Source: the human T2T-CHM13v2.0 reference genome, Homo sapiens. Taken from it: a DNA stretch of 64,000 nt. Under the pieces are notes generated by a model that saw only the letters and a program-made list of their open reading frames with translations, did not search any database and had not been told where the DNA came from. The stretch lies in assembly GCF_009914755.1 (NCBI RefSeq), contig NC_060932.1; one strand, 5' to 3'. The position numbers and the translations under genes were made by a program. This document shows positions 44,752 to 60,679 of this stretch, in pieces; position 1 is the first letter of the stretch, and every line of letters starts with the position of its first letter.

Positions 44752-46152
44752 AAAGTCCCAACACTGATGACCAAAACTCAGTGATCTGAATGCACAGGAT
44801 TTCCTGCTAGAATTGGTTTGCTAATGCAGAATCCTGTCTTCACCTTTTCACCCCTATGCACTTCCTACAGAGATGATGGATGAGAAGGACGTACAGCTTC
44901 CTTCAGTGACATGACATGCTGCTCTCGGCAGCCCCACGAAGACCCAGGAACCTGTGAGGTTCTACTAAGGGGTCACCAGTCACGGAAAACATGCCCAGGT
45001 TTGCCTGCCAGGAAGAGGCAAGCACCCAGGGCATCAACTCTATTTTATCAGGGCACTTTCTGAGCAATTAGTGGCCCGGTGTCATTATAGATGCTATTTG
45101 TCACACCATAAACTTTGTAAAGGAATTCAAAGGGAACAAACGTGGCATGCAGAGCAATAAGCAATAAGTCAGAGATGCTCCTGTTCTTAGATCTTTCAGG
45201 ATGAGATTTTATTAGGCCAGTTTCTAGGATTTCCTCTGAAGTACAGAAAATCCAGTGAATGGCTTCGAAAGCAAAAGCTTTTAAGATATGCTCTCAAATG
45301 AAATGATTTCTTCTCTTTTTTTAGATGTTGCAGGGAAAGGAAGAGAAAAGAAAACTCATTTGTTCATTCAATAGATTTATTGAACTGCCAGGTACTGTTT
45401 TAGATGCTGAGAATACAGCAGAAATTAAATAGACAAAGAACTGGCTTGTGGAGTTAAGATCCTAGTCAAAGAGAACGATAATAAACAGAGAAACAAACAC
45501 ATATAAAACAAAATGTCAGATAACCATAGGTCACTGGGGTGTCATTTTCAGACAGGGTGACGAGAAAAGGCAGGAGAGGGACAATAGTTCCCCCTCCCAG
45601 TGTTAACCTTTTTTAAATCTAAAGTTCTTCACCTTCAGTCAAAGGACTTCCCCGACCCTGACCCACTCACTTTGTCTTTCTGGAACTCCCTTCAGAAGAA
45701 CTCTTTGACGGAGCCCCAGACAGGCCCTTGATGTGTTAAAGAACTTTAGACAGTCCTTTCTCAAGACAGTAGCTTGGCAAAGAATGTCATCAATGTCTTG
45801 CAGCAAAATCTTATTTTTCTATGTTAAAAGCTAAATAGTATCCCACTCTGTCTCTGCAGCCCTTCAGTAGTAAGAACTGCATGACATACCCCCAAGCAGA
45901 TGTATGGCTCAGATGAACTGAGATGAAAGGTAAAATGCACAGACACACACATGATTTTTAAAATATCATGCCCTTGCAATTACTAAGTTCCCACTGAGTG
46001 GCAGACACAATGCTAGCCACTGGCAGGACAGAGATAAATAAAATATAGTGCCTTTCCTCAAAGAGAAGTCTAATGGGGTTATCTATAATGCGAAGAGTTG
46101 GGAACAGATTAATGTTTCTCAAGGGGATGCTATTTGCATTTGGGCAGGATAT

Positions 46153-46447
46153 TTTTATTTTTTTAAGATGAGTTCTCACCTTGTCACCCAGGCTGGAGTG
46201 CGGTGGCATAATCATGGCTCCCTATAGCCTTAACCTCCTAGGCTCAAGCCATCTCCTACCTCAGTCTCCCGAGTAGTTGGAACTACAGGAGTGAGCCACT
46301 ATGCCTCACTAATTTTTGTATTTTTTGTAGAGACAAGGTCTCACTTTGTTGCCCATGCTGGTCTCGAACTCCTGGCCTCAAGCAATCCTCCTACCTCTCA
46401 GCCTCCCAAAGGGTGGGTATGATAGGCATCAGCCACCATGTTTAGCC
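46153..46447 (-). mobile_element. AluJ
   Basis: Antisense Alu flanked by TGGGCAGGA repeats. Confidence 0.9.
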
Positions 46448-46517
46448 TGGGCAGGACAACTTTTTAGTGTGCAGGATCTGCCATCCTGTCCTTTGTAGGG
46501 TCTTTGGCATTCCTGTT

Positions 46518-46870
46518 TGTTACTGTCTTCTTTTGCTAGGGCTGCCACAACAAAATACTACAGACTGGGTGATTTAAATAACAGAAATTTATTTCTAACA
46601 ATTCCAAAAGCTGGAAATCTAAGGTCAAGGTGTGGGCAGATCTTTTTTCTCCTTTGGCCTCTCTCCTTGGCTTGCAGATGGCCATCTTCTCTCCTCATGT
46701 GGTCTTTCCTCTGCGCATGCATCTCTTCCTCTTCTTTTAAGGACATCAGTCATGTTGGATTAGGATCCACTCATATGACCTCATTCAACCTTAATTACCT
46801 CTTTAAAGGCCCTATGTCCAAATATAGGCACACTGGGGGTTAGGGCGTCAACATATGAACTTTAGGATAC
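46518..46870 (-). mobile_element. MLT1A-like LTR
   Basis: CTAGGGCTGCCACAACAAAATACTACAGACTGGGTG...TCAACATATGAAC. Confidence 0.8.
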
Positions 46871-49800
46871 TTGCCCGTCAACTCCTGATAGCTCCAACCG
46901 AGGATAACAAAAACAGTCCCACACATTCACAAGTGTCTCCTAGCACTTTAAGAGGAATTCCTATTCTGAGGTTCAATGTGCAGAATTTCCACATCTTCTT
47001 TAAATAGTTACGAATACCTGTGCACTTGCCAATTTGGCTATCATTTTCTGATGACAGGCGAAACATTTATCTGAGAAAAGCGACTTTTTAATGGACTCTG
47101 GGAAATCCAACGCATTACTTACATCATTAGATAAAGCTGACAATATTTCTCTGTTCAGAGGTTGCTAGCCCTGAAACAATATACTATTAACAAAGGCAGA
47201 AAGATTTAAAGTGGGTATTTATGTATTGCCTCCCTGGATCGAATACATTTTTTGACAAGTGAGTATTATAAAAATCAATAACATTCTGTTCTGAAATCTA
47301 GTATAAAAAGAATTTAGTAAGGAATTTAAAGGGAGGAAGAGTCTCAGGAGAATTAAAAGATGGCTTCCAGATAGAAGAAGAAGACAAAGGATTACCCTCC
47401 AGCAGAGTTGCAGTTATGATATTAAACACATTAACCTGGACAGGTGCCGTGGCTTGCACCTGGGAGGATCACTTGAGCTCAAGTTTGAGGCTGCAATAAG
47501 CTCAAACTGGGTGACAGAACAAGACCCTCTCTCTAATAAATATACAAATGCATGAATGAATAAACACATTAACCAGGAAGTCATTTGCATGTGATTTCCC
47601 TATTAATACTCACCCCATGTACTGAGTAGGTACAGTGTTAAGCACAATGCTCTAAACATTCCATATATACTATTGTTTGATTTAATATTGTGAAAGGGCA
47701 ATTCAAATATAAAGATACTTCTGCAGCTCTTCACTCTTCTTCAGCACGCTCCCCCACCCATCCCACCATACACACCTCTTAATTCAACATGGAGCAGACA
47801 GAGGCATGTGCAAGAAACAATGGTAGGTGACCTAGGAAAGTGACAGTGGGGATGCTGAGTAGGGGACTTTTTTGAAAGTTATTTAGGAGGTGATATCTAC
47901 AGAATTTGGTGCGTGGTTGATTATGGGATAAGGGAAAAAGCATAGTCAAAGGCGGTGCCCAGGTTGTAGTCTCATGCAGCTCATTGCCTGGGGATGCCAT
48001 TCACTGCAGTAGAAAATACAGAAGAGGGGACATGTTCGTGAATTCAAAAGAGATCTGTTGGGCTCTTCCCTGGGCAGGAGAAGGTTTTGTTGAGGGCCTT
48101 CACTCCCACTACCTCCTAGTGGTATTGTGATTATCCTCAAGCTCTTTCTGTCCCTCTCCTCAAAAGTGAGAAAAATTGGAATACTACTCCCTTCCTCATA
48201 CAGGATGATTGTGAGGTGAGAACAGATGTGACAGTGTTTGGGTCGTGGAAGGCACTCACAACCTTCTTTTACTCCTCTCCCTTCTTTTCTACTTCCAACT
48301 CTAGATTTATGTAATTCCATGAATTCCATTCAACCTGACCCTTGAAAATATAAGATCCTACAAGGAAGAGTTAAGAGACAAAGAATAAAATACAGGAGAC
48401 TAAAGGAAGTGACACCTGGTGGGTGCTCACTGATGGTAGATCAACCTTAAATTGGAGGGCAGCTGCAGAGTTGAAGGTAGGGGGTAGGGTGTTGGCATCA
48501 GAGAGAGTCCAGAAAGATATCCTGGAAAAATGTTGCTGTTTTCACAGTTTGACTGGCAAGCACCCTGCTTTCCAGCCTTTGGTATATTTAGAAGTGAATC
48601 AGGCGCTCTTCTCAGGCCATGTTTCATAATGTGTACTCGAACCTCACATTTCCAATGGGTATCCTCCTCTCTCAGGTTCCTGCTTAACTTGAGACCAGTT
48701 TTGCAGGTTTCTACAGCTTTGGGGCTCCAAGAACTAGAACTGGCCCCCAAGCACCAGAATTCTCCTATAAAGCCAGGAATGAGACCTACCTAATCTTGAT
48801 CTTTTGTTTTCTGGAGGAAGACTGGCTTGCAGAGGTAGGGGTGGGGGAAGATGGGGGGGTGCCAAGATGAGAAGATTTGACAACTAACTTTAGAGAAAAT
48901 CTGTGGCCAAGGAGGAAAAGTGACCCATAACATTCTGGAGCGAGGTATTTGGCACCTAGGCACTCTCTCTCTAGGAATTCATTCCAAATGATTCACATCA
49001 CAGAGTATCTATGCTCAGAATCCACTGTTACATCCACATTTATTCATGTTAAATCTAATTGGTACAAATATCGCTTTATGTTTGCATAAAGATTCCTGGA
49101 GATTATGCAGTGTTGGTTTGCTCTGCAGCCTTTCATTTTGCTGCCGTCTTACCAAACAGCTGCCTCGGAAGCCACCTGCTGACACAGCATGGAATTTTGA
49201 GCATTTGACCTAACCAAGGAAAGTGCTATCCCAAGCTAACAAGAGAGAAGACATAATCATGCCACTGTGCTCCAGCCCACTCGATTGATGCCCTGGGTTT
49301 GCTGTAGCACCAGAGTCAAATCATCTTGAACAATTCTTTCCCCTCCCAAAGCCCACACCCACTCTCCCAGCCACCTTCAAAAGAGATGTTGCCATCTCCC
49401 TAGCTAGCCATTTCAATATAGGCAAGCCTCTGCATCGGGACTCTATGCTTCTTGGGCTTCCAATAGCTTTGGTGCTCTGTGCCAGCCCATACTCACTCCC
49501 TAAGCCATGCCTCTACTCTGTTTCGCTCCACCCCAGAGGTGCTGAGTCAGGTGCAAAGGTACTTAGAGCAGTGATCGTTTCAGTAACAATTCTCTGTATA
49601 CATTTCCAGGCCCAATGACGCAGGAAGCAGAGGGAGGGGAGAGGCTGGAGAGAAGAAAAAGATCCAGAGATCTCCTGCAAGCACCAGAAAGCTCACCACC
49701 AAAAATAATCACAGCAAACCCCATAACTCTGGAAGATGAGGATTACTGTATGCAAGTTACTGAGGCTTAGATTCAATTTCTTGGTCAAGAGTCACAGATC

Positions 49801-50480
49801 TTGTTTCTGAGGCAAAGGATTTGCCCTGATTATTGTTACGGTAGGTAGGTAGTCAGACATGAGCAGAGCAGGAGAGCGCCCCCACCAACCCCCAGCCAGG
49901 AATGCCAGGTGACCATCATGTGATAGTCAGGCAGTTGTTAAACTGCCTCTCTAAAATAATAATTGGTTGCAGCTTGTATCTAGGAAAGGGCAGTCTCCTA
50001 ATAAATTGAAACACCTGAAACTGGTGATCAGCAGCTTCCAGTAAGATCTCAGGAGTTGGGCGAGTGGGCTCAAGCATACACACTAAGAGGTAAAATAGCA
50101 GAGTTTAACTGATATATGACTTTCCTCTAGGAACACTTGACTGGTAAGGGAAAAACACGTCAAGTCACTAAGACGCAAAATGGCGGAGTTTAAATGGTAT
50201 ATGACATTCCTCCAGGAACACTCACCTCCTGAGGGAAAAACTCCAGTCAGTAAGAGGCAAAATAGCAGAGTTTAAATGCCTGGGTAGGGGAAAAATGCCT
50301 CAATTGAGCATGCATACAACGCCAGTAAACACACTGCGCATGCTCCTCTCCCAAGTGCTGGCAGGCCACTGTGTATGTGGACAGCCCACCCCAGGGAAGA
50401 ATCAGGGGAGAAGGGACACAAGACCCCAGAGGCATGCCAACGTATAGAACCGCAAGTCAAAGATCAGACCACACACTTGA

Positions 50481-51143
<663 letters not shown>

Positions 51144-51644
51144 CTTGCTCTAAACTTTTTAATGAACTTTCACTCCTGCTCTAAAACTTGCCTCAGCCTC
51201 TCCCTCTGCCTTATGCCCCTTGGTGGAATTCTTTCTTCTAAGAAGGCAAGAATTGAGGTTGTTGCAGACCTGTACAGATTCGCTACTGCTAGCAGTATGA
51301 CATCACGCTGCCCCTCATTACACAGCTTTGCACTACCTGCCAATTAATAGCCTCAACTCATCATTTTAACCACCTCCTCCCTTAAAATGCAAACCTACCG
51401 ATAGTAGGATAAAACCTACTGACAACTGACAACTTAGTGCCAGCTGTTCTGATTGTATAATCAGCTCAGTACCAAACCCATATCTTCGCCACAGGGGAAT
51501 TCCTGGGCTTGCAGGAAGGAGGAGAGATTGTCATTGTTTTCCTCGGGCGGTGGTGGGAAATCAGCAGAGTTAGGAAACTTTTGCCATCTGAGGCAAGCAG
51601 GAGGTGCAAGGAAGAGGATCAGATTGGTAGACAGGAGGGCTGCT

Positions 51645-51880
51645 TTTATACAATAAAGAATTTGGCTGGTCTTTGTCACTGGTTCCTAGAAAGGGGCTTC
51701 TCAACCCTTGGAATATCGCGAGTGGTAGGAGCACCTTTGTTATTCATGGTGGGCCCCTCAGACCTCACTTGCATTTATGCTAATGAGGCTACTCTTGGTG
51801 AGCCCCTGGAGAGTTTACACAAATGAGATGACTCAGGGTAGGGTCTGGCCACACCAGAAAGGCCACTTGTTTGATTAGAC
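51645..51880 (+). mobile_element. MER21/MER77-like LTR fragment
   Basis: CTGGTCTTTGTCACTGGTTCCTAG...TTTATGCTAATGAG. Confidence 0.5.
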
Positions 51881-53085
51881 TTTGAGTCCTAGCTACTTAG
51901 GAGGCTGAGGCAGGAGAATCATTTGAGCCTAGGAGTTTGAGGCTACAGTGAACCATGATTGTACCACGGCACTCCAGTCTGGGTGACAGAGTGATATCCT
52001 GTCTCTGAAAAAAAAGATAGAAGGAGGGAAAGATACAGGCAAATCTCTAACCCCTTTCACCACCTGGTGCATCCACTACTTTTACCCTCAAATGCTAGGT
52101 TGTGATGTGTAAGGGAATGCAGTGTTGGTGGCTTACCAAATCCGAGAAGAGAGATTTTTAACTGGTGTTCCTTGAGTCCTCTGCCTTCTCCACATCCTTG
52201 GCTGGGCTTCAGAGTGAGTCTGAGGAGCCCTTAGTATTACATGCGAAGCTTTCGTAAGTCCACCTATTTTGTTTTCTGGAGAGAGTATCCTGTCAGTTAG
52301 GGTTTTAAGAGGAAACAGATGGCATGCTGAAAGATGGACAAGAAGGAGTTACCTGTATTACCCCTTCCCATGCAACGGGGTAACTGAAGCCAGTTTAGTG
52401 AACTGTTTACAGAGTTGTGAACAGGGTTGTGCACCAGAGTGCACCAAGGACTTAGCAATGTTGTGAAGGCATTCTACCTGTGGGCCTGGAGGGGAATGGA
52501 AAGGGAGCCATTAGCAGAACCCAGGGAACTGCAAGCCTTGGGATAGGGGTCACCGAACTACATGCGTGGACTTGGGTAGAGGCACAGAGTCTCTGCCAAT
52601 CACAACTGGCTGAGAGAGGGACAGTGAATAGGTACCCCCCGTCCCCATCTCCTGTCAGTGCCTCTCATTGGCCTAACCAAAACACAGAGAAGGGAGTCAG
52701 GGTAACATATTTTGTAAAGATCAGTCTCAGCCTACAAAGATCAGCTTCCTTGGGCATAGAAAAGGTCAGAGAATATATTCGGAGGGAACAAATTAAAAAT
52801 AACCAGCATGAGGTCCCAGGTTGTTATCAAATTCCTGCAGAGGTACCTGCCAATAAAATGTTCAGAAGTACTGTCTTTATATCCCACCCAGAAAACCTTC
52901 TGCCATTTACAGCCCAAGTCCTCATTAAATCCATATTCTCTTTCTCTTTTGATGGAACTTTAAACAAATTTGTTCCTTATCATCTGAGGTTCTGGGTGTC
53001 AATGCCAACTGGGAGCCTATTTCTCATTATTTTATGTAGGGAAAATTACAATGCATTGCAGTTCAACCCCAAACCTCCAAATAAC

Positions 53086-53956
53086 TTTAGGGAGACCCCC
53101 CGAAACTATTGCTATGGAATAAAAAATGAAACACTCCTGATTATTGTAAATACAAAGTTGCATGCAGGATTGTGTAAAGACAATGCCAGGTTGGACTGCC
53201 AGAACGAGTCAACAGCGCGTGATGTGCTTCCCCCTGCAGAGAGCCTATGAACAGACGTGCAGTCAGGGAGGTTTCACATCACCAAGATTCCTATCCCAGA
53301 AAAGCAAATGTTCATAGCTCTGGGAATGGAATGCGACCCTTGTGGAGAACCTATAAACGGACGCATGGGGGGCGCCTGTCCATATGGATAAGATAGGGCT
53401 ATAAACACCCTCATCTTGCCACGGCTCTTCTAGGCCTCTTTAGGGTTAAGGCATACTTCCTTCCGAGAATTTCTGGTCTAACCAGTTGTCTAGCTTCACG
53501 TCCTGTTTCTATGGATTGTTTGTAACCAGCTTTTGCTGCAACTGTTACTCTGATTAATATCTTGCTAATCATAGGTTATGGAAAGACTGTGTTTCTGTTT
53601 TAAGGCTCTGTTAGAAATTACTGATGCACACACTATATTGTAAATTCTTATCCCTGTATACTGTACTTCTGCATACAGATGTTATGTTAAAGAATTACTT
53701 CATCTCCATGTGACCATCACACCTCATAATCAAATGACCCTAAATCCCTCACTAACCTACCCCCGCCCTCACTAAACTTAGTAATAAATGCTGGTATATC
53801 CAGTGCATTGTTGGCATAGCGGGACCAGAAGGCAGTGACCCCCCTGGACCCAGCTTTCACTATCGTGTGTGTCTATTATTTCTCTACCTACCGATCTGCC
53901 TGGGAACAAAGAGAGAGCCCCGTTGCATTGTGGGCTGCTGGCCAGATCCCGCAATA
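53086..53956 (+). mobile_element. MER11D (HERV-K HML-7) solo LTR
   Basis: TTTAGGGAGACCCCC...GCCAGATCCCGCAATA with perfect 6-bp TSD AATAAC. Confidence 0.88.
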
Positions 53957-54139
53957 AATAACCTCCTAAAGTGTAACTCAAATATATAAGGAACATGAAT
54001 ACTTATAATGTTAGAATATAAAATGCTTAAATTTTGCTTTGTGATCACCAAACAATATGGTTGTTAAGAAAAAGCTGCTTAGTTGGCAGTAACATGGCCT
54101 TTCTCATGCTCATCCTAAAACATCCTAAAACATGGGGCA

Positions 54140-54434
54140 ATTTTTTTTTTTTTTTTAGGCAGGATCTTGCTCTGTCACCTGGGCTGGAGTGTAGTGTGGT
54201 GTGATCATAGCTCACTGCAGCCTTGAACTCCTGGGCTCTGGTGATCCTCCCACCTCAGCCTCCTGAGTAGCTGGGACTACAGGTGTGTGCCACCATGCCT
54301 GGCTAATTTTTTTATTTTAAATTTTTTGTTTTGTAAGTTGCCAGGCTGGTCCCGGACGCCTGGGCTCAAGTGATCCTCTCACCTCGGCCTCCCAAAGTGC
54401 TGGGATTACAGGCGTGAGCCACCTCACCCAGCTT
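54140..54434 (-). mobile_element. AluJ
   Basis: Antisense Alu. Confidence 0.9.
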
Positions 54435-54485
54435 CAACATGGGCATCTTGTTTGCTGGCATACGACATGCTCTTCATAATATCTA

Positions 54486-54720
54486 CAGCAGTGCTTCTCA
54501 ACCCTCTTTTCCTTATCATCCCCCACCCCATCTTTTCAGACATTTTTTATTAACCACTCCCCCTCCATTAAAATGTAACACCACAAATACACTGTATAAC
54601 TGTTTAAGTCTTCTATGATGTATGTCTGTGCTTTATGCATGAAAAGGGTATTTTTTTTTCATGCTCCCCCTGAAGAACTCTTTTGTCCCCTTGGGGGCGA
54701 TATCACCACTGTTGAGAATC
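54486..54720. mobile_element. MER96B-like hAT element
   Basis: CAGTGCTTCTCAAC...GGGGGCGATATCACCACTGTTGAGAAT termini. Confidence 0.5.
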
Positions 54721-55186
54721 GGACCCCCTTCCTCCATCTTCCAATAACAGTTTGCTCATGGCTAGAACAGATAATTAGAAGGCAAGCGTCACTCTTCTTT
54801 CATTTCCGAGCTGGACCTGTGGTGCCAGCCTCAGCCTGCTTACACACACCATATAGCCATCCTCCAGCTGGAAGTTCTGTTTGAAAGCTTGCTACTCCAG
54901 GGAACGCACAAACTTTGTCCGTGTGCCCTCAACCCCAAACTGGAGCCTCCCCAGCAGTTTAGCTGTGTACTAACTAGAGTCAGTTACAGAGAATAGAATT
55001 CACTTGAGCTGACATAAGGAATAATAGATATATTACAAGGATTAAAGGACTTTTGGAATCTCTGGGAGGACTGAGGAAATGGACTGTGGGCTGAGCTTCC
55101 AGGAGTGTCAATCAAAGCTGCTGCTACAACTATGGCAATTACAGCTTCAAAGAAGTCTTGGAAATGTAATGTTTAGCTTTTTCAAC

Positions 55187-56248
55187 TGTATTAGTCTGTT
55201 TAGGCTATCATAGCAAAATACTAGACTGAGTGGCTTAAACAGCAGAAATTCATTTTCTCACAGTTCTGGGGTTTTTTGGTTTTTGCTTCTTTTGTTTTGT
55301 TTTGTTTTTTGACAGGGTCTCACTGTGTCATCCAGGCTGAAGTGCAGTAGTGCAATCATGGTTCACTGGAGCCTTGAACTCCTGGGCTCAAGCAATCCTC
55401 CCGCCTCAGCCTCCTGAGTAGCTGGGACTATAGGCATGTGCCACCAATGCAAAGCTTTTTTTTTCTTTTTTTTAAAAAATTGTTTGTACAGATGGAGTCT
55501 CACTGTTGTCCAGACTGGTCTCAAACTCCTTGGCTCAAGTGGTCCTCGTGTCTCAGAGGTACTGGGATTACAGGTGTAAGTCACCATGCATGGCCTCATT
55601 TTCGCACACTTCTGGAAGGTAGAAGTCCATGATCAAGGTACTGTCAGTGTTAGTTTCCATGAGGCCTATCTTCCTGGTTTGCAGATGGCCACCTTCTTGC
55701 TATGTTCTCCCCTGGCCTTTCCTTTGTGTGTACACAGACAGAGATGTCTCCGGTGTCTCTTCCTCTTCTTACAAGGACCCCAGTCCTATCAGATTAGAGC
55801 CCCACCATTATGACCTCACTTAACCTCAAACACCTCCCTTGAGGCCCTATCTCCAAATACAGCCACACTGGGGATTACAGGTTCAACATAAGAATTTTGG
55901 GTGAAGGCCGGGTGTGGTGGCTCACGCCTGTAATCCCTGCACTTTGGGAGACTGAGGTGGGCAGACTATTTGAGGCCAGGAGTTCGAGACCAGCCTGACC
56001 AACATGGTGAAACCCCATCTCTACTAAAAATACAAAAATTAGCCAGTTGTGGTGGTATGCACCTGTAATCCTAGCTACTTGGGAGGCTGAGGCAGGAGAA
56101 TTGCTTGAACCCAGGAGGCAGAGGCTTCAGTGAGCCAAGATGGTGCCATTCTACTCCAGCCTGAGGGGACAGAGAGCGAGACTCCATCTCAAAAACAAAA
56201 AACAAACAAAAAAAAGAATTTCTGGTGGACACAGTTCAGTTCATAACA
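55187..56248 (-). mobile_element. MLT1A-like LTR interrupted by an AluJ (about 55270-55595, -) and an AluS (about 55906-56215, +)
   Basis: TGTATTAGTCTGTTTAGGCTATCATAGCAAAATAC...CACAGTTCAGTTCATAACA. Confidence 0.8.
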
Positions 56249-56512
56249 CCAACTCTTCTCTGCAGGAACGCATAATGAAAGAAAGTGGTAATGGTTATTG
56301 AGCAAACCAATATACAATATCCACCACAGCTTTAAAAAAATAAAGGTTAAATTATTCATTTCAACATAAGTAATAGTATAAGTTCAGAAGCAATATAAAA
56401 AACAGGTTAAATAAATACTGTTATATTTACCCAATGGAATATCATGCAACTGTTAAAAAAAAGAATACTGGGAGCTCTATGATAAATGTCTGTACTATTA
56501 TAAAAAACTCTC

Positions 56513-56907
<395 letters not shown>

Positions 56908-57367
56908 TTAGAACAAAGTGAATAGTTTACTATATGTGTAGCAAAAGAAATGTATGAATATATGTCATCTATCTTTATTCATTACCTATATATGTGTATA
57001 TATACATATGTATATAAGCAGGTAGGTAGGTATTTGCTCACATATGGCATTATCTGTGAATAATACACAAGAAACATACAACGTTGGTTGCCCCAGTGGT
57101 GAGAAGAACTGGATAGCTGGGGGCAGGGATGAGAGAGGACATTTCATTTTATGTATGTATTTTGGAGGTTTTTGTTCATTTGCTTGTTTGTTGAGAAAGC
57201 AGATTCTGAGACTGAGTTTAGTGTCCAGGGTGTTGATTAGGAAATGGCCTTGGTATCCAAACCTGTGGAAGGGTGAGAAAGGAATCAGGATTGAGCAGAG
57301 GGGGAAGACCTACAATTTGGGCCTGACAACACATTCCTCCATCAAGGCCATCAAGAACTCAGGAGTT

Positions 57368-57670
57368 GGCTGGGCACTGTGGCTCACACCTGTAATCCCA
57401 ACACTTTGGGAGGCAAAGGCAGGAGGATTGCTTGAGCCCAGGGGTTCACATCAGCCTGGGAAACAAAGTGAGACCCCCCTCTCTACAAAAAAAATTAAAA
57501 AATTAGCAAGGCATTGTGGCACGTGACTTTAGTCCCAGTTACTTAAGAGGCTGAGATGGGAGGATTGCTAGAACCTGGGCAGTCGAGGCTGCAGTAAGCC
57601 GTGATTGTGCCACTGCATTCCAGCCTGGGTGACAGAGTAAGACTGTCTTAAAAAACAAACAAACAAACAA
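57368..57670 (+). mobile_element. AluJ within an old ERVL-type LTR (about 57190-57930)
   Basis: Alu body; flanking ACTCAGGAG repeats. Confidence 0.85.
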
Positions 57671-57934
57671 CACTCAGGAGCTGAAATAGTGCATTTAAGA
57701 GTTATCCTGCTTTGGACAACATGGACAGCCTTTTATATTTCTGCCTTGATCAGTCCCCAGACGTGGGCTGCCTTGGAAAGGGCATGAGCTCCAGAAAGGC
57801 TATTCTCTGAAACTGAAGCACTCCCTGAGGGAGCTAACAGCTGAAAGCTTTCTGTTCACAGCACTCTCAAAGGTGGGCAACATGTACTTCCTTGGATTCT
57901 GAGTGATTCATCTCTGTGTCTGTCACTTACGGCC

Positions 57935-59500
57935 TATATGATTATGATCTAACCTCTTGAAACTTCTCTGACCTTACCTCCAAGTACTGTTCACTTCACT
58001 TGCTCTGCTCCTTATTGTTTCTTGAGTTTCCATCTCAGAGTCCTTTTTCTTACTGTTCCTGTCTTAATTGTTCCTCCCTTAAATAACAATGAGGCCCACG
58101 ACTTTCTTCCTTCATACTTCTGCTGAAATATCTGCCTACTGAGAGGACTTCCCTGATCACCTTACCTGAAATAGTACACTTCCTTTAACTTCCTTTACTT
58201 CTTTTTCTAATACTCATCACTGCTTAACATACATTTCTTTGTTTACTTTTTGTTGATGTTCATTTATGATCTCCCTCACATTGTTTGGTTCCCTGGTGTA
58301 TCCTCAGTGTCTAGGATAACACAGTAACAGGCACATAGTAGGCTTTCAACAAATATTTGTTGAATGAATGAATGAAGGAGTCAGGCACTGTGCTAAGTTG
58401 TAAGATAGAATTACAAGCAAAAGTGGAGGCAGGCCTTGTTCTCATGGAGCTTGCTATCTGGATGGAGAGGCAAAATAATGCATCAATCACACAAAGCTGC
58501 AGTCATGACATGGGCTAAAATGGAAAAAAAGATATGGTAGGAGAAGAGCATGTAGAAGAGCCTTGAAAGCTTCTGTGAGAAAGTGATGTGTAAGCTGAAA
58601 TCTGAAGGATGAGTAAGCTTCAATTAGGCAAAGGAACATGGAAGAATCAGGTTCATTTTTGGAAAAGATCCCTCTGGATTCAACAGGGAAGAGTGAATGA
58701 GAGGGAGCAAGGATGGGTATCTATGGGACTGTTAGGAGGGTATGGAAATCCTTCAAATGGGGGGTAATGGTTGCTTGAATTAGAGGTGACCCTGGTGGTT
58801 AGAAGAAACAACTACAGGTGAGAATTATTTATTACACAACAGATGAGGCTTATTTATGAATTGTATATGGAAGGTAAGGAAAGGGAAGTGAAAAGAAGGG
58901 CTTCTGGGTTTCCATATAACTGGATGGATGGTTGAAAGAATATTGGAAGAGAAACAGGTTTATTTTGTTTTATTTTGTGTTTATATGTGTATATGGAGAA
59001 GAACAGTGAGAGAGAAGACAGATTATGATTTTGATTTTTGACATTTTGGTTTTGAGGTGTTATTGAGACTTCCTGTATGAGATGCCAAATAGACCATTGG
59101 TTATGAGTGAAGAGCTCAGACATGTAGCTTGGGCTGGAGAAGTAAATTTTTGAGTTGTCTGCCTAGGTGGTATTTGAAAATGTGGGAGTGGATGAGATTG
59201 CCTAGGCAGAGAACATTCAGTGATAAGAGGAGAGGATGATCTTGAGGGACTGACTTGGAAAAGAGACTAACAGGACTGACTAGAGATGTTGGAAGAAAAG
59301 GAGGAGAATGTGATGTCACCTCAAAAGAGTGTTTCTAGAAGACGAGTCCGTAGCCATATCAAACCTCCTGAAAAAGGACCCGAGAACTAAAAATACCAGT
59401 TGCACTAACTAACATCATGGAGGTCATTGGTGATGCTAGTGATTTTTTTGTTGTTGTTGTTGCAGGAGAAATGTTAAGGTTAGTGGAAAATTGATGAAAT
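57935..59500. mobile_element. Tail-to-tail L2 fragments
   Basis: L2 terminus AAATATTTGTTGAATGAATGAATGAA near 58350-58376, followed by antisense L2-like sequence. Confidence 0.6.
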
Positions 59501-59652
59501 GGAAACATTGTGAGTAAAAAGAGAAAAGAAAAGCTGAGGGACTATTTGGGGATGGGGGTGGAGGGATGGAGAGTTTAGTTGGTAGTGCGAAGTTTCCAAG
59601 AAGATAGGTAGGAAAGTGAGTACCAGTAAAGGGCTTATTAAAATACCAAAGA

Positions 59653-60062
<410 letters not shown>

Positions 60063-60222
60063 TTAACTACTTTTCTAGGTGTTAATAAGGGTGCCTTGTA
60101 AACGAATTGTTTTATATGTGAATGGATGCCTTAGCTTTCTAACTTTCACAGGTAAGTAAATATATATCCATGTTCATAGCGGTGGGAACAGAAACAATAG
60201 GTGTTTAAAAATACTAGATTGA

Positions 60223-60510
<288 letters not shown>

Positions 60511-60679
60511 AATACTAGATTGATTTTGATTCTAATAGTGATGATAATTAATCTGATGATATTCTGATGGCAAGGAAAAGTATAAGCTCCAATCAGGCCC
60601 CTGTCGTAAGCCGCCTGACAAGTGAGAGAAATGAGGTTCACAGTTGGCTGGTCACAGCACAGGGAAAGGAAATCCACCC

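Noticed and set aside
52480-53250. Longest ORF in the track (256 aa)
   Set aside because: Starts at GTG, runs across old LTR-like sequence, unique DNA and the MER11D boundary, and has no recognisable domain.
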